Assembly: GCA_038496445.1 (NCBI GenBank)
Contig: JALMLS010000460.1
Location: 1-64,000 of the forward strand
Length of the DNA stretch: 64,000 nt
Reading direction: 5' to 3'
Origin: Trichosphaerium sp. ATCC 40318
Lineage: Eukaryota > Protista > Tubulinea
Shown one piece after another: positions 24,777-38,236 of this stretch (its first letter is position 1; the number at the start of each line of letters is the position of its first letter). A program made the translations under genes and the position numbers. The notes under the pieces were generated by a model that was not told the origin of the DNA, made no database searches, and saw only the letters and a program-made list of their open reading frames with translations.

Positions 24777-25514
24777 ACACCTAATTTTAAGAGACAGGTA
24801 TATATGGACGGCCAGCATTATTAAGTTACAACGTTATAACTTACGACCAACTTCCAAGTTTCACAGTACTTTACCCATTGATGACACGTTTAAAAATGAG
24901 TGTAGCACGTTTTATGTACCAAAAATAAAGATATATTTTAGTAACAACACAAAACAGAAGATCACCATTATTCTTATAAGTACTCTAAGATCACGTTTGT
25001 AACCAACCAACAGTGTGTCTGTGCACATGGTGCAAGGTGAGTGGGGTGGTAGAATTGAGATTATTTTTGACTTTTTCAAATTAGTTCTTGTTGGCGAAGG
25101 CTAACAACAGCCACTAGATGACTTTAATTGTATGCTATTCAAGCTTTAGAAGCTGATTAGTACGAGTATGTGACTTCACATAGAATCAAGTAGTGCTTCA
25201 CTAGATGAACAAGTTTCAAGGTATTCAATGAGACTTTAGGATTTGACTAGAAATAATGCTACTTGATAATAGGGTAAACTCATATAGCCACATGTGTACA
25301 ACGAATTAGGAGTATCTATTATAAAGTAGCATAATGTTAAAATAAAATAGTGGTATTTCAGTCAAATCCTTGCAAAACACAGAGTTTCTACACCATGTAA
25401 CCAAATAGCAAAGCTCTTGTTCGCTTTTCTAAGACTATCTATAATTTGTAAACTCTTGCTCTACACTATGTAACACTTTTAAAACAGGGCATCTAAAATG
25501 CTACTAGTGAACTA

Positions 25515-27086
25515 GTCACTTTAATAATAGCATCAATGATCCAAGTTCTTGTGCTCCTTCACATTCAATACCCAACTGGCAAGTCTTTCTTTCCAATTAA
25601 GTGCATTGTTGGGCTGTTGGTATGTTGAAGCCGTTGAAGGAGAACTGAATGTCGGCTAAAGTAATATTAATATTTAATTGGCAACTAATGTGGAGTAGCT
25701 ACCTTTGTTTCATTCATGGAACTGTCTTTGTCTATCCATGAATTTGTAGAAACGGCATTATCCACCATAGATAGAGTGCCAATATTAAAAGAGTTGTTCT
25801 GTTGTTAGAATTATTCTTAACACAATTAGTTTAAATAAAATGTACCTCATTCAAACGTAGATGTTCAATAAACAATTCAATATTATTTGGTTCAGACTAA
25901 ATGATCATCAATTACATAAGACATAATTCTTTTAAAAACGTTACTTTGTTAATGTGGCCTGTTCGATGGTTCTGTATTTCAAGGGCTTCAAGAGCATCTT
26001 GAATGATATCAATATGCTCAGGATCATCTCCAAACTTGGTGTATTCACAATTGGGATCAACAAATTTGGATAAGTACTTCTCTTCTGGATCTTCTTTCAA
26101 CTCTGCATCTATCTTTTTCTTATTGTCAATCTTATTTTCATCGTATTTAATGCTTGCTGGTGTCATTGCAGTATTTTCTTTCTTATTTACGTCATCTGTA
26201 TTGATTGCTGGTGTTTGGTTGGGTGCTTTCTTAGTTATTTTCTTTCGAAAAATACGACTAAAAAAGATCTACGTGGTTTTTCAACATGCTCCAATTTTCT
26301 TTTTTCTTCAATATCCTTTTCTTTTCGGGCTATTTCTTTGGCCATAAACAAAAACGGTTCTTCAATGTTAATATTGTCCTTTGCTGATGTGTCAAACCAT
26401 GTGAGGAATCCATGTTCTTCACAAAAGCTATCTAGTTCATCATTACTTTTCCTGCAACGAGTGTAATCTTCTTTGTCCATCTACACTTGTCAATTTCTAA
26501 GAGTTAACCAAAATCAACTGGCACCTTTGTTAGGATGAGAATAGTAAGGACAGGGTCTTGAGTCCCTGGGAAGTGACAGTTTTTGATTTCTTCATGGAAT
26601 TGTAATACATTTGTAAAAGTTGGATCAGCGCAGATATCAACAAAAATCATGATCCCTGAAGCTCTTCGAGAATAGGGCTGGTTATATGATTTCTGCGGAA
26701 TATCCTATAATACGTTAGCATATTTTTATATGCACTTATCATTCAAGTTAATCATAGCGTTGACTTTTGACCCAGAAAACAAAAACCTGCGCAACATTTT
26801 GACAACAATACTTGCCCATATTTGTAGTGTAACACTAGCTTCATACAATTCAACTCGTCGTGAAACAAAGTGAATGCCTCGCTTAAATACTAATGAGCGA
26901 CAGAAAAAAGTTAAACGGTCATACTTCTGGGTCACCTGAGTATGTTTTTTGTGAAAATCGTCTAAAAACTTTAGTTTTACCAGCGTTAGCGCTCCCTAAA
27001 CACTGTAAGTAAGTAAGAAAAAGGGTAAAAAGCGAACCAATGAGCGCCACTCTACTTTTGATAGCTTTCTTTTCTCCAAACAGCAT
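25515..27086 (-). pseudogene. Rab-like/SAM-like paralog 2, frameshifted in the SAM exon
   Basis: GSANAGKT, IWDIPQ, WFDTSAK and the KYLSK..DPN..YTKFGDDP motif. The last exon is frameshifted and truncated. Confidence 0.75.
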
Positions 27087-27719
27087 TGTATTTTCTGCTG
27101 AATACTAAACCTACATCAGCTGGCAAAAAAGCGTGAAAAAGGTAAAAAACTTCTCAATCGCTATGTTTTAGAGCAAACGCCTAGCGTAGTTAAAAACGTT
27201 GTTTCTGTGAGCCACGTGATATGGCATGTAGTCAAAAGTAGTTGGCGAAGAAAATCGGCTAGATTTTCATGTTTTGTATGTACGAACGTACTTTTGTTGG
27301 CTGTAGCGGGGTGGCTTATATTCAGTTGCATTATTGTCTCTCTCAGGTTTTTACTACTATTTTCTTTGTCAATTTATTTTCAAATAAAAAAAAGTCAGTC
27401 TTGGTTTGTTAAATCACGTGGGTTTGAAACGGTGGGTTCGCTAGGCAGTCGTGAGGGTAGATTACACTTAAAAATACGAGATTTGCAACTTCTGAAAGAG
27501 CTGTCAAATCCGTCAGAGGCAGAAAGTGGATTGTGTTAAAAGTCACTATGGCTTAAAACTTGAATGACATAAAGGTATTTCTCAACTACATATGGAAAAA
27601 CCTGCTTTAAGCAATAGGTAAGTGTTTTTGGACTGTACAACTTATTTTAAGAGATCAACACATCCTACCAGAACACTAAACAAGATATTGCACGAAAAGA
27701 AAAATAAAGGATTAGCTGC

Positions 27720-27956
27720 TTGTACACAAGGTTTTTGACAAGGATGAGGGCAAGGAAGATGTCAAATGAAATGTACCCGGGGTACATGCTATTGATAAGG
27801 ATAACTCAAAGCTCATTGTAGAACATTTGGATGATGAAACGAAAGCAAAAGTCGCAGATCCTAGCAGCTTTGTGTTTTACATTCAGAAGGTACATGAAAC
27901 TTGTATAACTGTTAACCTTTAGATGTTGTTGCCTATGGATCCTTGGATGGGATTAA
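27720..27956 (+). pseudogene. 3' fragment of the Cys/His-rich family (copy of the 18553-19488 tail)
   Basis: IDKDNS.L..EHLDDE.KAKVADPSSFVFYIQKVHET..RCCCLWILGWD*, with frameshifts. Confidence 0.75.
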
Positions 27957-28204
27957 ATACTCTTCCAAATTGCTTGGGATAATACTATATACTGTATAAT
28001 AAATAACGCTATAAACATTTTAAGCAATTGATTAGGCTGTAAGTGTTGACAATATGTCAACGTGGAAAGAGCAATAATAACCTTATCACAAAGAAGAAAA
28101 TCTACTACATCTGAACTCTTTGCTTGATGCAGTTAAAATTAGAGTAGTGACCTTAAACTGTTAGAGAAAAAAGCTTTATTAAAGATTGATTTTTCCAGAA
28201 CCGT

Positions 28205-28981
28205 TTACACATCCCATCCGAGAATCCAAAGGCAACCACAATCAAAGCCCTCATGGAAAAATACATCTGCGTTCACCTGTTGAATACAGAATACAAAACT
28301 ATTAGGATCAGCCAGTTTCTCTTGTGTTTCGTCATCTAAATGGTCCACAGCAAGCCGTGCATCATCTTTTTTCATGTCACTGATACATGGGACAATATCT
28401 CTACGTATTGTATCATAGACAACCTGATGATGTATGATATACTTCAATGAACGAACTGTACTTTTTGCCATACATCTAGCACAGTATTGTTTTCCTTCCC
28501 ACGCGAATACAGCATTCCCCAGGCTACATATCGCGCATACAAGGGGAGTAAACGCTTCTTTATGGTTAATATGTCTACTACAAACATTTTTATCATGTGC
28601 ACGTGCAGCAGCTATCGTGAGATGAATACCAGGGCGAAAGCGTGTGTCAACAGCATCGAAACACGTGCTACAATAAATAGATTTTGGCCAAGTCCACGCT
28701 TCTGCCGCGAAAGCTGGTTTAAGGAACTCGGTAATTGGATTCATACCCATAGTTGACGCATCAGGCGATGAAAGACCTTCGTACAGAGATTGAAACGACT
28801 TAAAATTGTTGAGGCTCTTGTTGGTGCAAAAGACTTTGTAGTTGCTTCGTCTTATCACTTGGAGTAGCTTTAGGTATGCTTCAGGCTCAGGATTGAGTAT
28901 CTGAAGAAATGCGATTTCTTGTAGTTTATCACGTGCGCAAGTCGGTATGGATTCTACACATTGATAGATATCTCTGTGCAC
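28205..28981 (-). pseudogene. Cys/His-rich family paralog 3 (5' end missing or degenerate)
   Basis: 258-aa frame homologous from DKL.EIAFLQILNP onward. No ATG start and no F-box-like segment. Confidence 0.7.
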
Positions 28982-29487
28982 TGAATAGGCTACAAGTCCT
29001 TTTTATGAGCCCCACACTGTCTCAATGAATATTTTTACACAATGTGATGCTATACAGGACGGTTTGAGGGTAAACAGATGGCCACATTGTGTTGTAGGGT
29101 TTTCTGTAAAAGTCCGAAAACTCATATTTTTTTTGTGCACTGTAGAGTAAATAACATAATTCTCCACGCGAACGAGTAATTATTACATCTTTGGCAATGA
29201 GCGCACGCTACGATACTTACGGTATGTTTTAATACAGCAATAATTAAGTACAGCCTCAACCTGCTTTAAAAGCACCTACCAGGCGTTAATAGCGCTGTTG
29301 TATTTATTTGCGATAGTTTTTTCGCCCAACACAGGTTAAATAGAAGAAGCATACACAAATGGTGTGCGTAGTGTAGATTTGATATCTGTGCGCAGCAAAA
29401 CTAGCTCTTGTCGTGGCTAGAACTCTTTTTTTTTCTTCAATTTCAATCACGTGATTTTCTGTTTGAAGGAACCCAAACATAATGTAG

Positions 29488-30760
29488 TTGTAGGAAACTT
29501 GAAACCCCACGCATGTTGGAATAATCACAGCTGTCCCTGGGATGCTGTTTTCACTGGTTTACAGTCTGTTAGTGATATTTGCGTATGTGTTGTTCTATAC
29601 ACAAGTACTAAGACAGTTTAGGTGATTCCCAACAACCCGACAGTACTCACATCTAACAACATAGATGGAAGTAGAAACACATTTATTCAGTTGTTTTTAC
29701 AGCATTGCTACACAAAATATCCAAAGAGGAGGAAGGAAATAGAACATAATTATGAGGAGCATCGCTGTGGAAAATATAGCCCTGATTTTAGTGTCCGTGA
29801 AATTCACAGCTATGTTAGAAGTGTTTGTGTTTCATTTCATGCATTTTCTAACTATAACAGCGGTTGCAAATGTGAAGGTGAGCATAATAAACTATTGCCA
29901 TCTGTGCTTCTGACACATCCAGATTACAGAGTGTCGCATCAGTTGTGCATTTTTGGAGAGCAAGATATTGAAGCAAAAATATGCAACTGGCTGAATAAAC
30001 GTCTTTCAGTTTCAAACAACTGTCGGACTTGCAGTGAGGGAGGGTTTAAGGCTGTTGAGGTATGTAACTTTATATTATTTTGAAAACAACCTAATTTGAT
30101 AAAGAGTGTGACATTACCGGCTTTGATTACAGTGTATCCAAATCGCAATGTTGTTCAGGACATGGCCAAATTACCTAAGACTTTAAACTCCATGGAAGGT
30201 ATGTAAAGACAGTTAGCGTTTGCACTTACATAAGCAGAACTTGGGAGGCAGCTTACATTTTGATGTGGCAGCCTAAACCGCATCCACATTTCACTACATA
30301 TGTGAATAACAATGGAACTTGGTGGTTTATTGATTGTATGACATGGAATCTAATCCTTGTACGCTATATTCAAAGCCTTTAACTAACACATTGAAAGGGA
30401 ATGCCTCTAGGGCCCACAATAATATGTGGAAAATACAGGTGGTTGTCTACAGAGGATCACAACACACTGTATCATGTAAAGAACCGTACAAATTGCGCCC
30501 AGAGAGGCAAGTAATACAAATTGACCTGATAAGTGAAAGTGACAGTTTCAGGTATGTAAATGTTGTTCCATTGCTTACTAACATCAAACAGTGACTATAT
30601 CTTCAGTGACGCTGATATGTGGAAGAAACAGGAGATGATATTAACACGTGCTCAAACAGCACCCAGCACTGTAAAACAATCGATAGAGCTCTACAAGAAG
30701 TTTTTGCTAAAAACCAAAGTCAAAACATTATCATTCGTTACAACATTGGATCAAAGTATG
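29488..30760 (+). CDS. Putative papain-fold, USP/USPL1-like cysteine protease (multi-exon)
   Basis: Cys-box-like WNNHSCPWDAVFT (Cys codon 29532), CxC/CxxC motifs, and His-box-like PHFTTYVNNNGTWWFID (His codon 30287). Boundaries are approximate. Confidence 0.5.
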
Positions 30761-30849
30761 CACCTGTGTTTTTGTTTACAGCCGTCTATTACTAGGGCCA
30801 TGTAGCGTTAAATCGTGTTTAGTTGATCGTACTAATTTGTATTTAGGTG

Positions 30850-33800
30850 ATGAATGCGATTTTGTACTGTTTTCGGGCCTCGTTGTAGCTAATATCACCC
30901 ATACGCGTGCGTGAAACTTTTGTGTTTTTCGTTAAGAGAACATTCTTCAAAACTGTTAATACTTGTAGCACTTTTTGATTTTCGCTCTAATTGTAATCTC
31001 TACTTTTCGGATGTACTATTCAAACCTTCTATTGGCAATACGGATGCCTTTATTATAGTATCCAACACGTGCGAAATAATTAACATGAAATGAGTTGTGT
31101 AATGGTTGTTTTTAGTCACTTGGAGATTACAAACTGTTCATTCCTAGGCGCTGCACCGGTTGATCATTTCATCTTAGCAGGCAAACCCTGTACTTTAACT
31201 TTATTCAACTTACGATAAATAGATTCAGCAAGAGTGACAGTCAATGCAGACACTACATTTTATGGTTTACCAGAAGTGTTCAGTGATGTACTATTTCATC
31301 TATAACTCCTTGTCTAATCCAAATAGGTTGGCACTACCTACGCAATAAATGCCCAAGGCAACAGCGAAGTAACTTTTGAAGGATCTGTATTCGATATGGG
31401 AGGAGCAGTACGTCCACTACTTTCTTAATTTCACTGACACAAATAAAGGTAACTATACTTGATTCTAGTCTCTTTTATGCTGGATCACATGTTGGTATGC
31501 TAAAAAGAATACTACCAAAGCTAGTAGTTTTACAGAGTTAGGCGATACCAGTACTATTGTTGGTGTAAACAGCAGGATTGAGTTTGACGGGGAGAGCATT
31601 TTGGAATATTTTCATCTGACTAATTGCTTTGTAAAGGCTGGGTTTAGTAAGTCTGATCTTGAAACATATTACTGACACATCTTAGATATTTCTATTGTCA
31701 CCAAGGGATTCGAACTCATAGATAGTCCAATGATTTTAGAAGACATCTATACAATGGAAGTGAACGGTCGAGTTAATGAAGCTTGCATTTCTCTTGAAAA
31801 TTCTGATGTCTCTATTAACAATACAAACGAAGTAACTTTTTCAGACTGCAACGTTATTGGTGTTGGTGATAACACCTCAACGATAGCTATTTCCGAGTGA
31901 GATTTGTAGTGTCCTTCAGGATTTCTTTTCTTACTTTTTTCTTTAGCCAACTAACAGTAAATGGTGGTGTACAATCTGTGAATGTGGCATGGGTTGTGGG
32001 GCTGGCTTCGTTCAACGTGAGAAATCGAACTAGCTTTGACTATTTGATAAGTGAAGACTCGCTGATAGACATAAAAGATATGTTTTTTGTTGGTGAGTAT
32101 ATGAGCACGAAGTACAGAATTAACTCTTGTAATAGACATCGATGTGCAAGGATCTGGTTTGAGCAATGTTGTTGGAGGTATGTAGATGTTGCACTAAAGT
32201 ACTCATTGTATTGTTTAGTATATCTCATTGTTAGAGGTTTTAACAAAGGATTGCAGTAGTGTTTATAGAGGGTGGGGTAAAAATGACGGCCTAAGTTGTC
32301 CTGAAATATTGTGTAATACAAACAACATTGGGTTACAAGTTGTTGGTATGTAGTAATATTTATTTAAATTATTTATTGAACACTCAAATACAGCTTAGAT
32401 CCCGAGTCTCCACATAATTGGTACTATTTTTACTTACTGTTATTTTGTCTGATATCTTGAATAGTGTATACTTCAACGATGATTGTGGGTGCAAACCTGA
32501 AGGTACATAATGCTTTACTGCAAACACAAGAATATTGACTCTTTAAGGCACGTTGTTAACGTTTTTTTGTGATGGAAGCAATTGGATAGTTAATGGATCC
32601 GCAGTGGTTCAGTACGTAAAAACAAAGAACAGCTAAAAAACTTAATGCCAGTACTGTTGTTGACGTGCTTGTTAAGGGATATGAATGTGTTTTCTTCAGT
32701 AGTTATTGTTACTGGTGACTTTTATATGTCTGGGACACTTAGTCTAGAGGCAAATAAGGATGGTTCTTTAGGAAAAGTAAAGGTACGTACACTTTAACCA
32801 TTTTGTTGTTGAAATAGTGACGCTGATAGTGGCGGGAGTATTCAATCAGATGTGTCTGGCAATAGTGTTGAGTTGGCATTTACTTCCCAAAATCAAATGG
32901 AATTGCTGTGGAATATGGGCCAAATGCAGGTGTTCAAATTGTTCAAATATTGAACAAACAAACAGCGACAGAAGCAGAAAGAAACAAAAATGGCAATCAC
33001 AAGTGGCTTCTTGAAGCAACAGTAAACACAAAAAGGGTTCTCGTAGGTGTTTTGTGTGGGAATGTGTAGGTAAGTAATCTATTTTTTAAACCTCACATCT
33101 TGTTTTTCTGACCAACAATAGGTTTTAACAAAAAGTTATCTTGTAAGCTGTTAAAAAGACACTGCTCATTGGCAAACAAATTTCCAATATCTGAAACACC
33201 TATAGCTACAACTATAAAAGGGCCAACTAAACTTCCAAGGCTTGTTGTACAACGTACACTGTTAAAACTTAGGCACCAAGTACAAAGGCCAACAAAAGAA
33301 GGTTCAAGACAGAAGGATTACTGTTGATGATACGTTGTCTTAACTTCTGTCACAGAAACACCTTCTACAAGCTCATCAACCACTGCTTCACAGCCAACTG
33401 TTGCACCAACAACGGATGCTCCAACTATTGCTGCACACAACAACAGATGCACCTAACTGGTACTTGCTTGATATTTTTTAGCTTTCTTTCTAACTGTGAT
33501 AGATGCGCCAACTACACCTACAACTGCATCCCCTACCACAGCCACACCAACAACTGATGCTCCTACTGCAAGTACTCCAACAATAGAACTGCTAACAACA
33601 GCTTCAACTACAGATGCTCCTATCACCAAAACCCAGCTCCTACCACCAATGTACCTACGACTGAAGCTCCAACAACAAAAGCACCAACCACAAAGGCCCC
33701 TATAACTGATGCTCCTACCACCGTGGCACCTACTACAGATGCACCAACGACTGAGACAATAAACTATAGATGCTCCAACCACTGATGCACTGACAGCAGA

Positions 33801-36800
33801 GGCTACAGCAAAAGCGCCAACTACTGGCACTCCAACAACCAAGGGGCCAACAAAAGCTGCACCAACCACAGTAACACCTACTACAGATGCACCGAAGCCC
33901 CAACGACTGAGGCTCCTACAACTGTAGCGCCTACTACAGAAGCCCTACAACAGAGGCTCCAACTAAAGATGCACCTACCACGGATGCGCCTACAACCGAA
34001 GCTCCAACGACAGAGGCTCCTACCACTGAAGCTCCAACGACGGAGGCACCAACAACAGAGGTTCTAACCACTGTAGCGCCTACTACAGAGGCACCAACAC
34101 CTGAAGCACCAACTACAGATGCGCCTACCACCGAAGCACCAACAACTGAGGCTCCTACAACTGGTACTCGATCGATATAATTTTTACCTTTCTCCTAACA
34201 GTGATAGACTACAATAGCACCAACTACAGATGCACCTACAACAGCTGCACCTACAACAGATGCTCCAACAACTGAAGCACCAACAACAGTGGTGCCAACA
34301 ACAGAAGCACCAACTACTGAGGCTCCAACAACTGAAGCGCCAACGACAGAAGCACCAACAACTGAGGCTCCTACTACAGAGGCACCTACTACGGAACCTC
34401 CAACTACCGAGGCACTAACAACACAGCATCCAACTACAATGCCACCAATGACATCTCCACCAACTACAGAAGCACCAACTACAGAAGCACCAACGACTGA
34501 GGCTCCAACTACAGAAGCACCTACAACTGTAGCGCCAACAACGGAGGCTCCAACCACAGAGGTTCCTACAACTGCTGCGCCAACAACAGAAGCGCCAACA
34601 ACACAGCATCCAACTACAATGCCACCAATGACGCCTCCACCAACTACAGAAGCACCTACAAATGAAACTCCAACTACTGAGGCACCAACAACTGGTACTT
34701 GTTATCTTTCCATCTAACAGTAATAGATGCACCAACTACACAAGCACCAAGCACAGAAGCGCCAACAACTGCAACCCCTACCACTGATGCGCCAACAAGG
34801 GATGCTCCTACAACTGCAGCGCCTACTACTGAGGCTCCTACAACTGAGGCTCCTACCACTGCAACCCCTACAACTGTAGCACCTACTACTGACAGAAGCA
34901 CCTACAACTGAGGCACCACTGAGGCACCAACAACGGATGCACCAACAACCGAAGCCCCAACGACTGAAGCTCCAACTACTGCTGCTCCTACCACGGATGC
35001 ACCTACAACCAAAGCTCCAACGACAGAAGCACCAACTACAGAGGTTCCAACAACACTGGCGCCAACTACTGAGGCACCAACAACATTGGCACCAACGACA
35101 GAGGCACCAACAACTGACACACCAACAACTGAAGCACCTACAACTGTAGTGCCTACCACTGAAGCTCCTACAACTGTAGCACCTACTACATTGGCGCCTA
35201 CTACGGAGGTTCCCACGACTGAGGCACCAACTACAATAGCTCCTACGACTGAAGCTCCAACCACAGATGCACCTACAACTGAGGCACCAACAACTGAGGC
35301 TCCAACCACTGTAGCGCCTACTACAGATGCACCAACAACTGATGCACCAATGACAGATGCTCCAACAACAGAAGCCCAACAACTGAAGCTCCAACAACAG
35401 AAGCACCAACGACTGAGGCTCCAACTACAGAAGCACCTACAACTGTAGCACCAACAAGTGGTACTTTGTATTTTACTTTCTAAAGCAACTAACTTTCTTT
35501 GTAGATGCTCCTACAACTGAAGCGCCTACGACAGAACCACCAACAACGGAGGCACCAACCACAGAAGCACCAACAACTGAAGCGCCAACCACTGAAGCTC
35601 CAACTACAGAGGTTCCAACTACAGAAGCACCAACCACTGAGGCACCAACAACTGAAGCACCAACAACTGTAGCACCTACAGCAGCTCCAACAACAGAAGC
35701 CCCAACAACTGTTGCGCCAACAACCAAAGCCCCAACTACTGAAGCCCCTACTACAGAAACGCCTACAACTGATGCACCAACAACAGAGTCACCAACTACA
35801 GCTACTCCTACAACAGCAACACCAACAACTGAAGCTCCTACAACTGACGCTCCAACTACAGAGGCTCCTACAACTGAAGCACCAACAACTGATACTCCAA
35901 CTACTGATGCTCTTACAACTGAAACACCTACTACTGACGCTCCAAATACTGAAGCACCAACTACAGAGGCTCCTACAACTGTAGCACCAACAACTGAAGT
36001 GCCAACAACTGAAGCTCCAACTACGGATGCTCCTACAACTGAAGCACCAACTACTGCTGCACCAACAACTAATGCACCTACAACTGATGCTCCTACAACA
36101 GAGGCTCCTACCACTGAAGCTCCGACAACTACAGCTCCAACTACAGAGGCTCCTACAACTAATGCGCCAACAACGGAGGCTCCTACAACTGTAGCGCCAA
36201 CGACTGAAGCACCAACAACTGAAGCACCAACAACTGGTACTTTGTATTTTACTTTCTAAAGCAACTAACTTTCTTTGTGGATGCACCAACTACAGATGCT
36301 CCCACAACTGAAGCGCCTACCACAGAATCACCAACAACTACAGCACCAACAACTGAAGCTCCAACTACTGATACTCCAACTACTGAAGCTCCAACTACGG
36401 AACCTCCAACGACTGAAGCTCCAACTACTGATGCTCCTACAACTGAAACACCTACTACCGAAGCTCCAACTACTGATACTCCAACTACTGAAGCTCCAAC
36501 TACGGAACCTCCAACGACTGAAGCACCAACTACAGAGGCTCCTACAACTGTAGCACCAACAACTGAAGTGCCAACAACTGAAGCTCCAACCACAGATGCA
36601 CCTATTACTGAAGCACCAACAACCGTAGCACCAACTACAGATGCTCCAACCACCGAATCGCCAACTACTGAGGCTCCAACAACTGAACCACCTTCAACAG
36701 ATGTGCCTACAACTGAAGCTCCAACTACTGAAGCACCTACAACTGTAGCACCAACAAGTGGTACTTTGTATTTTACTTTCTAAAGCAACTAACTTTCTTT

Positions 36801-37335
36801 GTAGATGCACCAACTACAGAATCGCCTACAACTGAGGCTCCAACCACAGAGGTTCCTACAACTGCTGTGCCAACAACAGAGGCACCGAACACAGAGGCTC
36901 CAACAACTGAAGCTCCTACAAGTGAGCACCAACTATAGTAGCTCTTACAACAGAAGCCTCAACTACAATGAACTTGAGTGATTAATTGGACATTACTATC
37001 ATCTTTTTCAACTTAACAGTATTAGAACCAACAACCGAAGCTCCAACAACAGATGCACCAACCACAGTAGCACCAATTACAGATGCTCCTACAACTGAAG
37101 CTCCTACTAAATCTCCGACTACAAAGGCTCAATAAATGGTACTTCCTACTTTACTTTCTAGAACTAACTTTATTTACGGAGGCAATACCTTCAAGTGCTT
37201 CATCAACTGTTGAGGTACCTTGTACAGATGCATCTACAACTAATGCTTGGCTTCAACTAAATAAACTACACCAAAGACGCCTACTGCATCCAAAGAAGCT
37301 CCAAGGCTTTTACAAGGCACTATTTTTATGGCTAC
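30850..37335 (+). pseudogene. Large intron-rich surface-protein-like gene with a mucin-like Thr/Pro stalk; multiple stops and frameshifts
   Basis: Many small exons encoding beta-rich sequence (e.g. CDGSNWIVNGSAVV, GDFYMSGTLSL), followed by (PTTEA)n exons. Stops and frameshifts are present and boundaries are approximate. Confidence 0.55.
33350..37310 (+). repeat. 15-bp coding minisatellite, (P-T-T-E/D/V-A)n
   Basis: About 4 kb of CCW ACW ACW GAR GCW units with third-position variation, broken by repeated short introns. Confidence 0.97.
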
Positions 37336-38236
37336 TAAAAAAGCAATTTTGACACGCTAATTAAGATGATGCCGAAGATGGGTGTATTTATGTATTGTTT
37401 TAAGTGTAATTGTATATTTACATACTCGTTGGAGCCCTTTGTACATGGGTACCCAATATGGAAAGTGTGTTGGACGTGTAACATTGTCCGAAAATAAAAT
37501 ATGGTTTCTGTGAACACGAAAAAAACGCTGCGGATGCTGCTCAAATTTGTATAAGATTGTGTACGAAAATAGGAGCGCTATGAACCAGTTAACATAGTCG
37601 CCTGGGTGTGGAGAGCAGGTTTAGACAAGTTTTAGACCAATTACTAAGACTGGCGACTATTCAGCGCATGGAGATATCGTAGTTTAACTCGTCCAAGAAT
37701 GAATTGGTGACATCATAATTGATTGGTTGTATTTCTATTTTAGTTTTGTTACAGAGTTCGCTATGCGTTGCTTTTTTGCTTTTTGAAGATAAGCTGTGGG
37801 GTTAATTTGTAGTTTCCAGTAATTTTCTTTCTTGAATTGCCGTGACCAATGTTTAGCCAGTTACAATTTATTGTAGCCTGGTAAGCTGGGACAAAACCAC
37901 AACCGCCTCTACTCCCAGGAGATTACTGTTTGCAACAAATTTCAGTGTGTACTAAAATGTTGAAAAAAAAGTCGAAAAAATGTCAAAGTGATATTGAACT
38001 GTTCGCCACAAAGGGAGACAACTGGGTTATGGCGCTCAGTCGCCGCTAGGCTCTGCCCCCAAACCACCCCTGAAAGGGGGGCTTTCTAAATAGTTCCTAT
38101 GGCATACTATAGGATAATTAGTGTGCCGAATTTTCGACTTTTTTTTGACAAAGTTCTACATATTTGGGTTTCCCCAAATTTCGAGCCCTAAAGTATCTTT
38201 TTTGTGCAGAATAAGGAGTGAATGCTAAGATGTTAA

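Noticed and set aside
33453-36653. Minus-strand (VVGAS)n ORFs and Gln/Leu- or Cys/Trp-rich alternative-frame ORFs
   Set aside because: These are shadows of the + strand PTTEA repeat. Third-position wobble and splice sites support only the + strand frame.
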